Shown piece by piece: positions 18,777-28,303 of a stretch of 64,000 bases of DNA. The notes beneath the pieces were generated by a model. It saw only the letters and a program-made list of their open reading frames with translations, ran no database searches and was not told the DNA's origin. This DNA comes from Candidatus Woesearchaeota archaeon (lineage in GTDB: Archaea; Nanobdellota; Nanobdellia; Woesearchaeales; UBA9989), in the NCBI GenBank assembly GCA_013329045.1, contig DUKZ01000020.1, positions 33,489 to 97,488 of the forward strand, in the 5' to 3' direction. Position numbers and translations under genes: made by a program. Positions within the stretch are counted from its first letter, which is position 1. Every line of letters starts with the position of its first letter.

Positions 18777-19859
18777 ATGATAGCGATAATTGGTGCTGGG
18801 CCAGTCGGGAATTATGTGGCATATCTTTTGGCATCAAATAATATCGCTGTTGAGGTGTTCGAAGAACACGGTGAAGTGGGGATCCCCTGGCAGTGCACAG
18901 GGATCACGACGGCCAGCTTCGAAAAAATTGTCGAGCTTCCACCAAAGCTGATTATCAATCGGCTAAGAAAGCTCAAGATTGTTTCAAGACGTCATTCTGT
19001 GCGAATGCCAATCGAAGAGATCGTTCTAGACCGCGTCGGGCTGGATAAGCATTGGTATGAAGAAGCAAAAAAGAGTGGGGCAAAGTACCATCTCAATTGC
19101 CGTTTCGAAAGGAAAGAAGGAAAGAGCGTCATAGTGCTAGACAAGAAGGCAGGAAAAGAAATGATGATACAGCCGGACCTGCTCATAGGTGCTGATGGGC
19201 CAAGCTCAAAAGTATCTGCGCTGATCAATCCAAAGCCGGCAAGGACATTCTTTGGGTATCAGGTGAGGATCAAGGGGGAATATGATGCGGAATGTTTTGA
19301 GACTCATTTCATTGATGATCATTTGTTTTACTGGGTTGTCCCAGAATCAGCAACAGTTGCCAGGATCGGCACTTTTTGCACCAGTTTTGACAGCAGAGCA
19401 TGGGAAGCATTTTTGCAGAGGAGATGTGGAAAAAAGGCAAAAGGGCTAATCATCAACGCTCAGCCAGGAAAGATCCCTTGGTATTCGGGAGAAAAGATTA
19501 TAGAGAAGGATGGCATCAGGATTGTTGGGGATGCTGCTGGGCAGGTGAAAGCAACTACAGGAGGAGGCCTAGTCCCAGGGTTTTTGGCAGCAAAGGCGCT
19601 GGCACGATCAATCATAAAAAATACTTCTTATGCAAAGGAAGTGGGGGAAGTGCACCGGCAGCTTTCAGTGAGTTTATATCTCCGGAATATCCTTTCTCGC
19701 TGTTCAGTTGAGGATTATGATGCGCTGGTGAGATATCTTGACCAGGGAAGGATCAAGAGGCTGCTCTACAAGATTGATAGGGATCATCCAATCCAGCTCG
19801 CCTGGAGGGCAGCAGTGCTCGAGCCAAGGCTTCTTCGTTTCTTGCCCAAACTTTTATAA
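18777..19859 (+). CDS. FAD-dependent oxidoreductase, geranylgeranyl reductase family
   Basis: N-terminal IAIIGAGPVGNYVAYLL Rossmann motif. About 360 aa, matching the GGR-family length and pattern. Confidence 0.55.
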   Translation: MIAIIGAGPVGNYVAYLLASNNIAVEVFEEHGEVGIPWQCTGITTASFEKIVELPPKLIINRLRKLKIVSRRHSVRMPIEEIVLDRVGLDKHWYEEAKKSGAKYHLNCRFERKEGKSVIVLDKKAGKEMMIQPDLLIGADGPSSKVSALINPKPARTFFGYQVRIKGEYDAECFETHFIDDHLFYWVVPESATVARIGTFCTSFDSRAWEAFLQRRCGKKAKGLIINAQPGKIPWYSGEKIIEKDGIRIVGDAAGQVKATTGGGLVPGFLAAKALARSIIKNTSYAKEVGEVHRQLSVSLYLRNILSRCSVEDYDALVRYLDQGRIKRLLYKIDRDHPIQLAWRAAVLEPRLLRFLPKLL

Positions 19860-19874
19860 AGGCTATCCTGTTCC

Positions 19875-22800
19875 TTGGGCGTGGGTTGTTTCATGGGAGA
19901 AGATGATATTGAGATTGATTTTGGCAAGATCACGAAGTTCTTTAAGAGAGACAAGAAAAAGGCAGAGCAAAAAGAAGCGGCTGATGATCAGGTGCAGGGG
20001 AGTTCTGCTGAGGAAACACCAAAGAGTGGGTCTCCTGAAATAAAAGAGGGAATAAAAGAGGGCGCAAATAAGAGTGCAAAGGGCGATCATGACGATGGAA
20101 AGAATGAAGCAGGCAGCGCTCAGCAATCAGGAGAAGATGCTCAGAAGGATAAAGAGTCTGCAGTAAAAAAGAAACAAAATGGTGCGCACGAGACCAAAGA
20201 TGATAAGGAAGAACAAGATGGTGATGAGAAAGGACAAAGTGATGACGAGATTGCAATTGACTTTTCAAAGATAACAGGCATATTCAGAAAGAAAGAAGCA
20301 AGAGAGAAGGAAAAATCAGAGGCGCAGAAAAAGCAGAGGGTGAGCGAGGAACGAAAAAAGAAACCCGAGTCTGCTGATCTTGAAAAGAAACAAAATGAAA
20401 AGGAACAGGACAGCGAGGATGCTGAGGAAGAGATTTCATTTGACTTTTCAAAGGTAAAAGGGTTGTTCAAGGCAAAAGGCAGAAAGGAAGACGCTGAAGA
20501 AAAAGTTGATGTTCAACCAGTTGTTCATTTTGTCAAGAAGAACAGCAAAGTGCTGATTATGCTCATATTGCTCCTCATCCCGCTATATATAGGGATGGAA
20601 GTGAGGACTTATCCAAACCACCTGCCAATAGCAGACGATATGGCAAAGGAGGTTGTCCAAAGATCGATCCAGGCGCAGATCATAGATCAGGTCAACAACC
20701 AGTATCCAAACCTTCCAGCTGCGCAAAGGCAAAAGATTCTCGAGAAGGAATACCAAAGGGTCGTGAAAGAGAACCAGGCAGGAATTGATCAGCAGGTTCA
20801 GCTGTATGGTAATTATATTCGTGCCCAGATGAAAGTGGGAGAGGAAGATTCACAGACATATCTTCTCGCCATTGATCCGTATCATTGGGCGCGGTATGCG
20901 CGGAACATTGCTGATCATGGATATCCTGGCGATGATCTGCGCGAGGGGCAGAGTTATGATACCTTGATGCACGCACCCTTGGGGAGGTATGTTTCTGGTG
21001 ACAGGTTCCACGCATATTTCGAGGCATACCTGTATAAGTTTGTCCGTCTCTTCGATAAGGATGCTGATTTTCAGGGAGTCATCTTCACCACCCCTATTAT
21101 TATTATAGTGCTCGGGATCATCCCGACCTTCTTCTTGGCAAGGATGATTGCAGGGGACATTGCAGGGTTTGTTGCAGCTCTTATCATTGCAGTCCATCCT
21201 GCGGTAATGTCAAGAACGGTTGGAGGGTTTGCGGATACGGATCCATACCAGATCCTTTTTCCGTTGCTCATCTCATTATTATTCATGTGGGCATATGAGC
21301 TCAAGAAGGTGCAGGGAAAGATCCTGCTCGTGACATTCGCCGGTCTGCTTGTCGGATTATATGCCTCTGCATGGAGGGGCTATTGGCACATCCTTGATTT
21401 TTTAATGGTCGTTGCCATCACACAGCTCTCATTTTATCTCCTTGTACACTGGTCGGAGGTAAAGAAAGGTCTCTTTTCAAAGGAGGCAGTAACCCATGGA
21501 GCGATCATCCTCATCACGTTCATCTTGGCATCTGGCATGTTTATAGGTGTTTTTAGTGAGCATGCTCCGCTCGATATCTTCAGGGAGGCAACAGGTCAGC
21601 CGGTAAAGTTCTCAACAGCAAAGGATGTTGGGATCACCTCAATCTGGCCAAACGTCCTAACAACCGTCGCAGAGCAGAATGAAGCAAGCAGGTCAGAGAT
21701 CATTAGTACGGTCGGTTTTGGCGGGAAGAGCGCCGGAAAATTCCTTTTCTTTTTATGCTTTTTTGGCATTGCTGTTGCGGTCACGGAGAGGTCATGGAAA
21801 AGGAAAAAGGATATGGTTTTCCTTGGTGCAAGTGCCATCTATTATCTGGTGATAATCAGCATGAATGATCGCATCGAAAACACACTCACGCTGTTTTTCC
21901 TCCTTGCAGTTCCATTGATCATCAAGGCATATTTGGCCATTGACGAGAAGGATGAGCATATCAGGATGAGATATGCAGCGCTTATCTTTGTCTGGATTAT
22001 TGCTACTATGTATGCCAGCCAAAAAGGCATCAGGTTTACTTTGATGATGGTTCCAGCTCTCGCAATTGGGCTTGGTGTTGCTGTTGCATTCCTCTTTGAA
22101 CTCATTGACCGGTATGCATCAAGGGAGATGAAGGTTGAAAAGTATCTGATTACCGGGTTCTTGTTCTTGCTTCTTTTCCTCGCATTGTATAAAGGGCCAG
22201 TTGCTGCAGGAAAGGAAGTGGCAAAGAACCAGATTCCAGGGATGAATGATGCGTGGTGGTCTGCACTAGAAAGGATTGATGGTGCAGCCAGCCAGGATGC
22301 GATCATCACCTCCTGGTGGGATTATGGCCATTGGTTTAAGTTTGTTGCAAAGCGTGGAGTGACCTTTGATGGGGCATCACAGAACCTCGAGCCCGCCCAT
22401 TGGGTCGGATTGGTGCTGCTTACAGAAAATGAGACAGAAGCGAAGGATATCTTGAGGTTCTTGACATGCGGCAACTTTTACACGCATGAGTTTCTGCTCA
22501 GGTCAAACTGGTCCAGTGACCCCTATGACCAGGTGATGCTGCTCAAGGAGATCATCCCCCAGAGCCGGGAGGAAGCACGCCAAACCTTGATTAAAAAAGG
22601 GTTCCCGGAGGGCAGCATCACTCAGCTTCTTGATTACACCCATTGTGATCCTCCAGAGGACTATTTTATCGCATCAGATGATATGGTGTCAAAATCTGGG
22701 GTGTGGGCTCATTTTGGCATCTGGGATTTCAAAAGGGCATATATCTATAATACCTTGATAAAGCAGGAATATGCAAGCAAGGAGAAGGCAATAGCATGGC

Positions 22801-23492
22801 TCGGGGAGCGTTTTGATATGCCACCAGCTGATGCTGAGAAGATGTATAATGATGTGCGCACGCTTGCAAAGGCTGACGCAAACTCCTGGATTTCCCCCTG
22901 GCCAAGCTATGTGCAGGGAGTGCAACAATGTAATCAGGGAGGGGATATTCTCCAGTGCCCGCAGGGGATCATGTTCAATCTCACCTCAGAGGAGGCATAC
23001 ATTATTAATCCTGACAAGAGTGTTACTCATCCAAAAGCTGTTGCTTTCGCGGCAACGAATGATACCATAGTCAAGAAATATTCTGAGAACATCCATTCAC
23101 CAGAGTTTGGTATTGCGATCATACCTGCTGACGGAAAATATTATGCTGTGCTAATGGACCCCCGATTGACAGGATCATTGTTCACCAGGATGTTTTTCTT
23201 TCAGGGACACGGCCTTCGCTACTTTGATGCTTTTAGCGTTGAGCGAAATCAGGTTCTTGGCACCCAGGTGTATACATACAAGGTTGATTGGAACGGGACA
23301 GATCCAAACATTGCCCCACTGTTCCCAGAGGATAGCTCAATAGAAGAGAACTCGCGTATTGATGCATCAAAAGCAAGCAATGAAACGGCTGGATTGGGTA
23401 ATGACACTAGGATAATAGACAGTGATAAAGGGAATGAATCTAAAGGAAGCAGAAATAGTTCAGCCCGCTCAAAGAACATTTCCAGTAAATAG
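19875..23492 (+). CDS. aglB: Oligosaccharyltransferase AglB/STT3 family with an unusual roughly 230-aa charged repeat-containing N-terminal extension
   Basis: WWDYGHWFKF (WWDYG motif). About 13 TM helices followed by a large C-terminal soluble domain. The N-terminus holds three copies of I-[EAS]-[IF]-DF-[GS]-K-[IV]-[TK]-x-[FIL]-F-[KR], spaced by KE-rich low-complexity sequence. Confidence 0.85.
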   Translation: MGVGCFMGEDDIEIDFGKITKFFKRDKKKAEQKEAADDQVQGSSAEETPKSGSPEIKEGIKEGANKSAKGDHDDGKNEAGSAQQSGEDAQKDKESAVKKKQNGAHETKDDKEEQDGDEKGQSDDEIAIDFSKITGIFRKKEAREKEKSEAQKKQRVSEERKKKPESADLEKKQNEKEQDSEDAEEEISFDFSKVKGLFKAKGRKEDAEEKVDVQPVVHFVKKNSKVLIMLILLLIPLYIGMEVRTYPNHLPIADDMAKEVVQRSIQAQIIDQVNNQYPNLPAAQRQKILEKEYQRVVKENQAGIDQQVQLYGNYIRAQMKVGEEDSQTYLLAIDPYHWARYARNIADHGYPGDDLREGQSYDTLMHAPLGRYVSGDRFHAYFEAYLYKFVRLFDKDADFQGVIFTTPIIIIVLGIIPTFFLARMIAGDIAGFVAALIIAVHPAVMSRTVGGFADTDPYQILFPLLISLLFMWAYELKKVQGKILLVTFAGLLVGLYASAWRGYWHILDFLMVVAITQLSFYLLVHWSEVKKGLFSKEAVTHGAIILITFILASGMFIGVFSEHAPLDIFREATGQPVKFSTAKDVGITSIWPNVLTTVAEQNEASRSEIISTVGFGGKSAGKFLFFLCFFGIAVAVTERSWKRKKDMVFLGASAIYYLVIISMNDRIENTLTLFFLLAVPLIIKAYLAIDEKDEHIRMRYAALIFVWIIATMYASQKGIRFTLMMVPALAIGLGVAVAFLFELIDRYASREMKVEKYLITGFLFLLLFLALYKGPVAAGKEVAKNQIPGMNDAWWSALERIDGAASQDAIITSWWDYGHWFKFVAKRGVTFDGASQNLEPAHWVGLVLLTENETEAKDILRFLTCGNFYTHEFLLRSNWSSDPYDQVMLLKEIIPQSREEARQTLIKKGFPEGSITQLLDYTHCDPPEDYFIASDDMVSKSGVWAHFGIWDFKRAYIYNTLIKQEYASKEKAIAWLGERFDMPPADAEKMYNDVRTLAKADANSWISPWPSYVQGVQQCNQGGDILQCPQGIMFNLTSEEAYIINPDKSVTHPKAVAFAATNDTIVKKYSENIHSPEFGIAIIPADGKYYAVLMDPRLTGSLFTRMFFFQGHGLRYFDAFSVERNQVLGTQVYTYKVDWNGTDPNIAPLFPEDSSIEENSRIDASKASNETAGLGNDTRIIDSDKGNESKGSRNSSARSKNISSK

Positions 23493-23546
23493 AAGGGAGC
23501 ATTCATTTCCGCTGCCTTTAAATAATGCTCATTTCTACCATGCACC

Positions 23547-24212
23547 ATGAAGAAAAAGATAATTGCGGTCATTCCTGCATACAATGAGGCTCAAAGGATC
23601 GAGCCGGTCATCCAAGAGACAAAAAGGTATGTTGATGAGGTTATTGTCGTTGATGATGGAAGCCAGGATGACACAGCTCAAATCGCAGCTAAGGCTGGGG
23701 CCCATGTCCTCCAGCACCTTATTAACCTCGGCAAGGGTGCAGGGCTCAAGACCGGGTGTGAATGCGCAGTGCTTCATCACGCTGATATTATCATCATGCT
23801 TGATGCAGATGGCCAGCATGAGCCAGTGGATATCAAGCGTTTTATTGAGAAGGTAAAGGAAGGGTATGATATTGTCTTTGGGGTGAGGGAATTACAGAAG
23901 GGAAGCCCCTTCATTCTCCGCCTGGGCAATGAGATCATCTCCACCATGATCTTCCTCCTCTTCCACATCCACATCAAAGATTCTCAATGTGGGTTTCGCG
24001 CATTTACTGCAAAGGCATATGAAAGCATCAAATGGCGCTCCACTGATTATGCTTTAGAGTCTGAAATGATTGTGAATGCAAAACAGCACAAACTCTCCTG
24101 TACCCAACTAAAGATTAAGAACATTTACAATGACAGGTTTAAGGGAACAGGGGTCATTGATGGAATGAAGATTGTGGCAAACCTTTTGTGGTGGCGTATC
24201 AGGGGGGTTTGA
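23547..24212 (+). CDS. GT2 glycosyltransferase, polyprenyl-phosphate sugar synthase type (DPM1/GtrB/AglJ-like)
   Basis: IIAVIPAYNEA...VVDDGSQDDT...DADGQHEP motifs. It is followed by a DUF2304 partner. Confidence 0.8.
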   Translation: MKKKIIAVIPAYNEAQRIEPVIQETKRYVDEVIVVDDGSQDDTAQIAAKAGAHVLQHLINLGKGAGLKTGCECAVLHHADIIIMLDADGQHEPVDIKRFIEKVKEGYDIVFGVRELQKGSPFILRLGNEIISTMIFLLFHIHIKDSQCGFRAFTAKAYESIKWRSTDYALESEMIVNAKQHKLSCTQLKIKNIYNDRFKGTGVIDGMKIVANLLWWRIRGV

Positions 24213-24323
24213 AAAAGCAGTGAATGATCATTGGAGGGGCATTGACAAGGTAGGGGAGAAGATTGTGGGAGGCAAGGACGGGAAAGAATATATTTAAAAA
24301 TCCCATTCTGTTCTCCTCCCGAT

Positions 24324-24656
24324 ATGGTACTTGGCATTCAGGTTGCAGGCGTCTGTTTCGCCTTGTTCATGCTCTACATCACGTACACGAGCTCAAAGAA
24401 AAAGCAGTTTACCGCAAAGGAATGGGTGTTTTGGAGCCTGATTTGGGTCATGATCGGTCTCATCTCCCTATTCCCAGAACTGCTCGACAGTGTTGTAAAG
24501 CGCTTTCATTTTGCGCGGGCGCTCGATGTCATCATCATTGGAGGATTCATTTTTCTTCTGGGTATCATGTTCTACCAGTATACGGTTATTAGAAAGTGCC
24601 AGAGGAGCATTGAGGAATTGGTGAGGAAGGTTGCGCTGGAAAAGGAGCAGCGATGA
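24324..24656 (+). CDS. DUF2304 small membrane protein (typical partner of GtrB-like GT2)
   Basis: 110 aa with three hydrophobic helices. ATGA overlap with the next gene. Confidence 0.55.
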   Translation: MVLGIQVAGVCFALFMLYITYTSSKKKQFTAKEWVFWSLIWVMIGLISLFPELLDSVVKRFHFARALDVIIIGGFIFLLGIMFYQYTVIRKCQRSIEELVRKVALEKEQR

Positions 24657-25780
24657 CAAGAGTTGGGACGATTAAGGCCATAGACAAGGTTCTTGGCACG
24701 CTCGGTGTTGTTCTTTTGGGATTGAAAAAAAAGAGTCCGCTGCCAAAGTCATTTTCTTCTATCTTATGCATCCAGTTGTGGGGGATGGGAGAGTCGATCT
24801 TGACGTTGCCTGCAATAATCGCAGTGAAGAAAGCAAATCCAAAGGCGACTATTTCAGTGCTGGCAACTGCAAGGAACAAGGATGTGTTTTTTGGTCAAAA
24901 GGATATTGACAACGTCATTGAGCTTGGCATGTCTCCAGGGATGATTCTTTCATTTATGAGGAAAAACAAGGATATGTTTGACCTTGTCATCGACTTTGAG
25001 GAGTACCTCAATATTTCGGCAATCATCGCGGCGAGGGTTGGAAAGCATACAATCGGGTTTTCAGGGCAGCCAAGATCCAGGGTATACGATGAGTCCATCC
25101 CATACAATGATGCACAGCATGTGGTGGTGACATGCATGGACCTGGCAAGGCTCGCTGGTGCAAAGGGGGTGCCAACAGAATTGCCAACGCTTGGTGCTGA
25201 TCTGTCTGATAAGAAGAGGGTTGATATATTCCTTAGAGAGAGTGGTGTTGGGAAACAGCCTTTTGTCGGCTTTGGAACAAGTGTTGCTGAATCATCAAAA
25301 TCTAGGATGTGGCCAAAAGAGAACTTTGCAAGACTTGCAGATTGGATGATAGGGAAAGAAAATGTCCATGTAGTCTTTGTTGGAACAAGAGGGGAGGTGG
25401 ACGCTATCCAGGAGATCATTGAGCTGATGCATCATAAAGATAAGGCAGTAAATGGGGCAGGAAGGCTGTCAATGAGGCAGCTGTTTGATTTTGTCGGTAG
25501 ATGCAGGATGTTTATTGGAAATGACTCTGGGCCAATGCATGTCGCAGCAGCAATGAGAGTTCCTACGATCGGTTTGTTTGGATGCAATCTCCCGGAAAGG
25601 TTTGGGCCATATGGAAAGAATGCTATGGGCATCAGAAAAGTCAAAGAAAGAAAGCCCTGCATCAACGTCCATCAGGGCGAGGTGAGGGAATGCCAGTTCG
25701 AGCAGACATGCGTCTCATTTATCTGGGTAGAAGATGTGCAGGAAGTGTGTGAGAGATTTTTTCGGAGGGAAAGAAAATAA
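24653..25780 (+). CDS. GT9 family glycosyltransferase (ADP-heptose:acceptor heptosyltransferase-like)
   Basis: GNDSGPMHVAAAMRVPTIGLFG C-terminal signature. N-terminal LWGMGESILTLPAI motif. Confidence 0.75.
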   Translation: MTRVGTIKAIDKVLGTLGVVLLGLKKKSPLPKSFSSILCIQLWGMGESILTLPAIIAVKKANPKATISVLATARNKDVFFGQKDIDNVIELGMSPGMILSFMRKNKDMFDLVIDFEEYLNISAIIAARVGKHTIGFSGQPRSRVYDESIPYNDAQHVVVTCMDLARLAGAKGVPTELPTLGADLSDKKRVDIFLRESGVGKQPFVGFGTSVAESSKSRMWPKENFARLADWMIGKENVHVVFVGTRGEVDAIQEIIELMHHKDKAVNGAGRLSMRQLFDFVGRCRMFIGNDSGPMHVAAAMRVPTIGLFGCNLPERFGPYGKNAMGIRKVKERKPCINVHQGEVRECQFEQTCVSFIWVEDVQEVCERFFRRERK

Positions 25781-26787
25781 TGGGAACAAGAAGAGAATTC
25801 CTCAGGGCTGCTGGAGGGATTGCTGCTCTCGCCCTCACGCATGGGTGCTCTGATCCAGTGTATAAGGGAAGGATTGCCTACCTGCTCCGCCAGCAAGGTC
25901 AGAATCTTGAATTATCTCTTGAGGTCGTTGATCTCGCAGCAGCAGGGACAAGATCATTAAGATCATTATATACAAGCCATATTGGTGATCTGGCTGTTAA
26001 TGGCAATGATCTGTACATAGCAGCATTCCCGGAGGAAATTCTCAAGAGGGTGAGCGTTGGCACAGGAGGGGTAGTTGATCTTCAAAGGGATCAACGATTC
26101 GCATATCGCTTCCCTTCCCCTTTAGGTGATGGCTTCTGTGCAGCATCTCTTCGTGAGAGCGGGAATGGTGGCGCTCATTTTCATATTGGTATTGTTGATG
26201 ACCAGCAAACAAGAGTGATCGTGGAGGATATTGCTCAGACGCAATACGCCGCAACCAGAAGAGGGCCAGATGTTGCTGTCGCTTACGCTAAACAAAGAGA
26301 GTCAATGTTGGAGATATGGAAAGGGATATGGACTCCTGAAAATGGCCAATTGAGAAACGATCAGCAGGTAGGTGATATTCCCATGGCGCCGCCAGATCCA
26401 TTCAAGCCCCAGCAATTGTTTCTTCGATTTGTGGGGGATGCATTAACAGTCTCTGATTCATCGATTGGATGTTTGTATTATGAGAAGGATGGATATCTCA
26501 GCCAGGCAGTCCTTGCCCAAGATGCCAGGATGATCAAACCCGGATCATACCTCTATGTCGATCAGGATGATCGCCGGGCAAGCCTTGTTTTGGATGATGG
26601 CTCGCCAAGAGAGATTTGGAGAACTGGTGGGATGATAAGGATTAGTGATATTCAGGACAGCGTAGCCCTTCTCACAAGAAGAGACGTGTATGGGACAGCG
26701 ATGATCATTGTGGATGTGTATTCTCAGGAGCGAATGATTGTTCCGCAAAAGAAGGGAATGCCGTTCATGCCATTGTTCCTGGATTAA
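25780..26787 (+). CDS. Secreted protein with a twin-arginine (Tat) signal and a Cys shortly after the h-region
   Basis: MGTRREFLRAAGGIAALALTHGCSDP. Unknown function; Gly/Asp-rich. Confidence 0.55.
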   Translation: MGTRREFLRAAGGIAALALTHGCSDPVYKGRIAYLLRQQGQNLELSLEVVDLAAAGTRSLRSLYTSHIGDLAVNGNDLYIAAFPEEILKRVSVGTGGVVDLQRDQRFAYRFPSPLGDGFCAASLRESGNGGAHFHIGIVDDQQTRVIVEDIAQTQYAATRRGPDVAVAYAKQRESMLEIWKGIWTPENGQLRNDQQVGDIPMAPPDPFKPQQLFLRFVGDALTVSDSSIGCLYYEKDGYLSQAVLAQDARMIKPGSYLYVDQDDRRASLVLDDGSPREIWRTGGMIRISDIQDSVALLTRRDVYGTAMIIVDVYSQERMIVPQKKGMPFMPLFLD

Positions 26788-27539
26788 GCGGCATGCACAT
26801 ATTCTCCGTGGGTAAAGAAGCCGACGAGCTGTTTGATCTTCGCAATCTTTGGAAAGAGGTGGTTTTCTAGGCTGGTTGTGTGTTCATCGAAGAGTGCAAA
26901 TACTTCTGGCTTGAGGAGATAGATGCCAGCATTCCCGACATGGGATGATATATGTTTTGGTTTTTCCTGGAAGTCGATGATAAGGTCTCCGTCAAGGATA
27001 GCATTGCCGAACCGTGAAGGTTCATTGATGCTCATGAGTCCCATCGTAGCCAGCTTGTCCTGCTGCATATGCTTTTTTTCCATCTGGTGGAGGTCAAAGT
27101 GGTTATAGACATCCCCGCTCATCACGATAAAATCCTGGTTGGACAGCTTGTCCTTGACAGCGAGCAATGCTTGTGCATTCCCTTTGACTGGCGCTTCGAT
27201 GATTTCTGCTGGAAGAATGCTTTGCTGGACTTCCGAATAGAGTTTCACGCTCTCTTTAGTATGCTGGGTCACGATGTATGCCTGCTTTATGCCATGAGAG
27301 TAAAAGAAATGCAATTGCTCAAGAATGAGGGATCGCTTGTGGAGTGATGAGAGGGAAGTGTGCTGGTGTTCACCTTTGAGCAGGAGCACAACTGTCTTGA
27401 TGGACTGCTCCTGGAGCCCTTTTTGGAGAAAGTATTCTATTGCCTGGCTTCTGCTCCTGATGATGGAGCCATCAACATGAGAATCTATCTGTCGGAGGAG
27501 TGGTTCATCGAGAGAGATGGCAATTTTAGCTTTGGTCAT
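26784..27539 (-). CDS. Ribbon-helix-helix (CopG/NikR-like) domain fused to a degenerate sugar-phosphate nucleotidyltransferase-like domain; putative regulator
   Basis: The ATG at 27539 gives MTKAKIAISLDEPLLRQIDSHV (RHH beta-strand plus helix pattern). The C-terminal GDVY...FGNAILDGDLIIDFQEKPK...NAGIYLLKPEVF matches the NTP_transferase core. The N-terminal GxGTRL nucleotide loop is replaced by KGEHQHTSLSS. Confidence 0.55.
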   Translation of the reverse strand: MTKAKIAISLDEPLLRQIDSHVDGSIIRSRSQAIEYFLQKGLQEQSIKTVVLLLKGEHQHTSLSSLHKRSLILEQLHFFYSHGIKQAYIVTQHTKESVKLYSEVQQSILPAEIIEAPVKGNAQALLAVKDKLSNQDFIVMSGDVYNHFDLHQMEKKHMQQDKLATMGLMSINEPSRFGNAILDGDLIIDFQEKPKHISSHVGNAGIYLLKPEVFALFDEHTTSLENHLFPKIAKIKQLVGFFTHGEYVHAA

Positions 27540-27544
27540 ACTAA

Positions 27545-27561
27545 GTATGAAATAGTATGAA
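27545..27561. promoter_or_regulatory. Direct repeat GTATGAA-ATA-GTATGAA adjacent to the regulator start
   Basis: Seen directly. It shares the half-site with the palindrome at 27649. Confidence 0.35.
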
Positions 27562-27648
27562 CTATTTAAACATTGCGTAATTATCCTCATGAAAGAGAAA
27601 GACTTTTGAGATGATAGGGAAAACCTTATAAAGAAGCGGTAAATAAAA

Positions 27649-27678
27649 GTATGAAATATTCATACCTACAGGTGTAGG
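27649..27678. promoter_or_regulatory. Two perfect palindromes (GTATGAA-ATA-TTCATAC and CCTACA-GG-TGTAGG) 11-40 nt upstream of the gmhA ATG; candidate operator
   Basis: Seen directly. They lie between the divergent RHH gene and the heptose operon. A GGAGGGG SD follows. Confidence 0.4.
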
Positions 27679-27688
27679 AGGGGTTCAC

Positions 27689-28303
27689 ATGGAAAACGTG
27701 ATTACGGAAAAAGAGATAGATGAGAAGATCCATCACTGGTTCTTGGAGAGCGCGCGGGTAAAAGAAGAGCTCGCAAGGACGCAGAGGAAGAACATGGCAA
27801 AGATTGCAGCTATCGTTATTGATGCGATCAGGAACGGCAATACCATCTTTGCCTGCGGCAATGGCGGATCGATGTGTGATGCACTGCATTTGACCGAGGA
27901 GCTCACCGGAAGATACAAGAAGAACAGAAAACCTCTCCCGGGACTCTGCCTTGGTGCAAATCAGGGGAGTGTCAGCTGCATCGGGAATGATTTTGGGTAT
28001 GATGATATCTTTTGCCGTGAGGTGCAGGCATTTGGAAAGAAAGGGGATGTTCTCATAGGGTTTAGTACATCAGGAAATTCGCTGAATGTGATAAAAGCGA
28101 TGGGATGTGCAAAAGCGCAGGGGTTAAAAACAATCGCATTGCTGGGAAAAGATGGGGGCAAGATGAAAGGCATGTGCGATGTTGAGATTATCGTTCCCAG
28201 TAATGAATCATCCAGGATCCAGGAGAGCCATATGCTTATCTATCATTCACTAATAGAGCTCGTTGATGATACATTATTTCCGGAGGGTGGAAAACATGAG
28301 TAA
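27689..28303 (+). CDS. gmhA: Sedoheptulose-7-phosphate isomerase (SIS domain)
   Basis: IFACGNGGSMCDALHLTEELTGRY...IGNDFGYDDIF...GDVLIGFSTSGNS...LLGKDGGKM is near-identical in pattern to bacterial GmhA. Confidence 0.85.
   Translation: MENVITEKEIDEKIHHWFLESARVKEELARTQRKNMAKIAAIVIDAIRNGNTIFACGNGGSMCDALHLTEELTGRYKKNRKPLPGLCLGANQGSVSCIGNDFGYDDIFCREVQAFGKKGDVLIGFSTSGNSLNVIKAMGCAKAQGLKTIALLGKDGGKMKGMCDVEIIVPSNESSRIQESHMLIYHSLIELVDDTLFPEGGKHE

Noticed and set aside
20141-20470. Minus-strand Ser-rich ORF and the 19942..20268 ORF
   Set aside because: They are antisense shadows of the KE-rich N-terminal extension of aglB.
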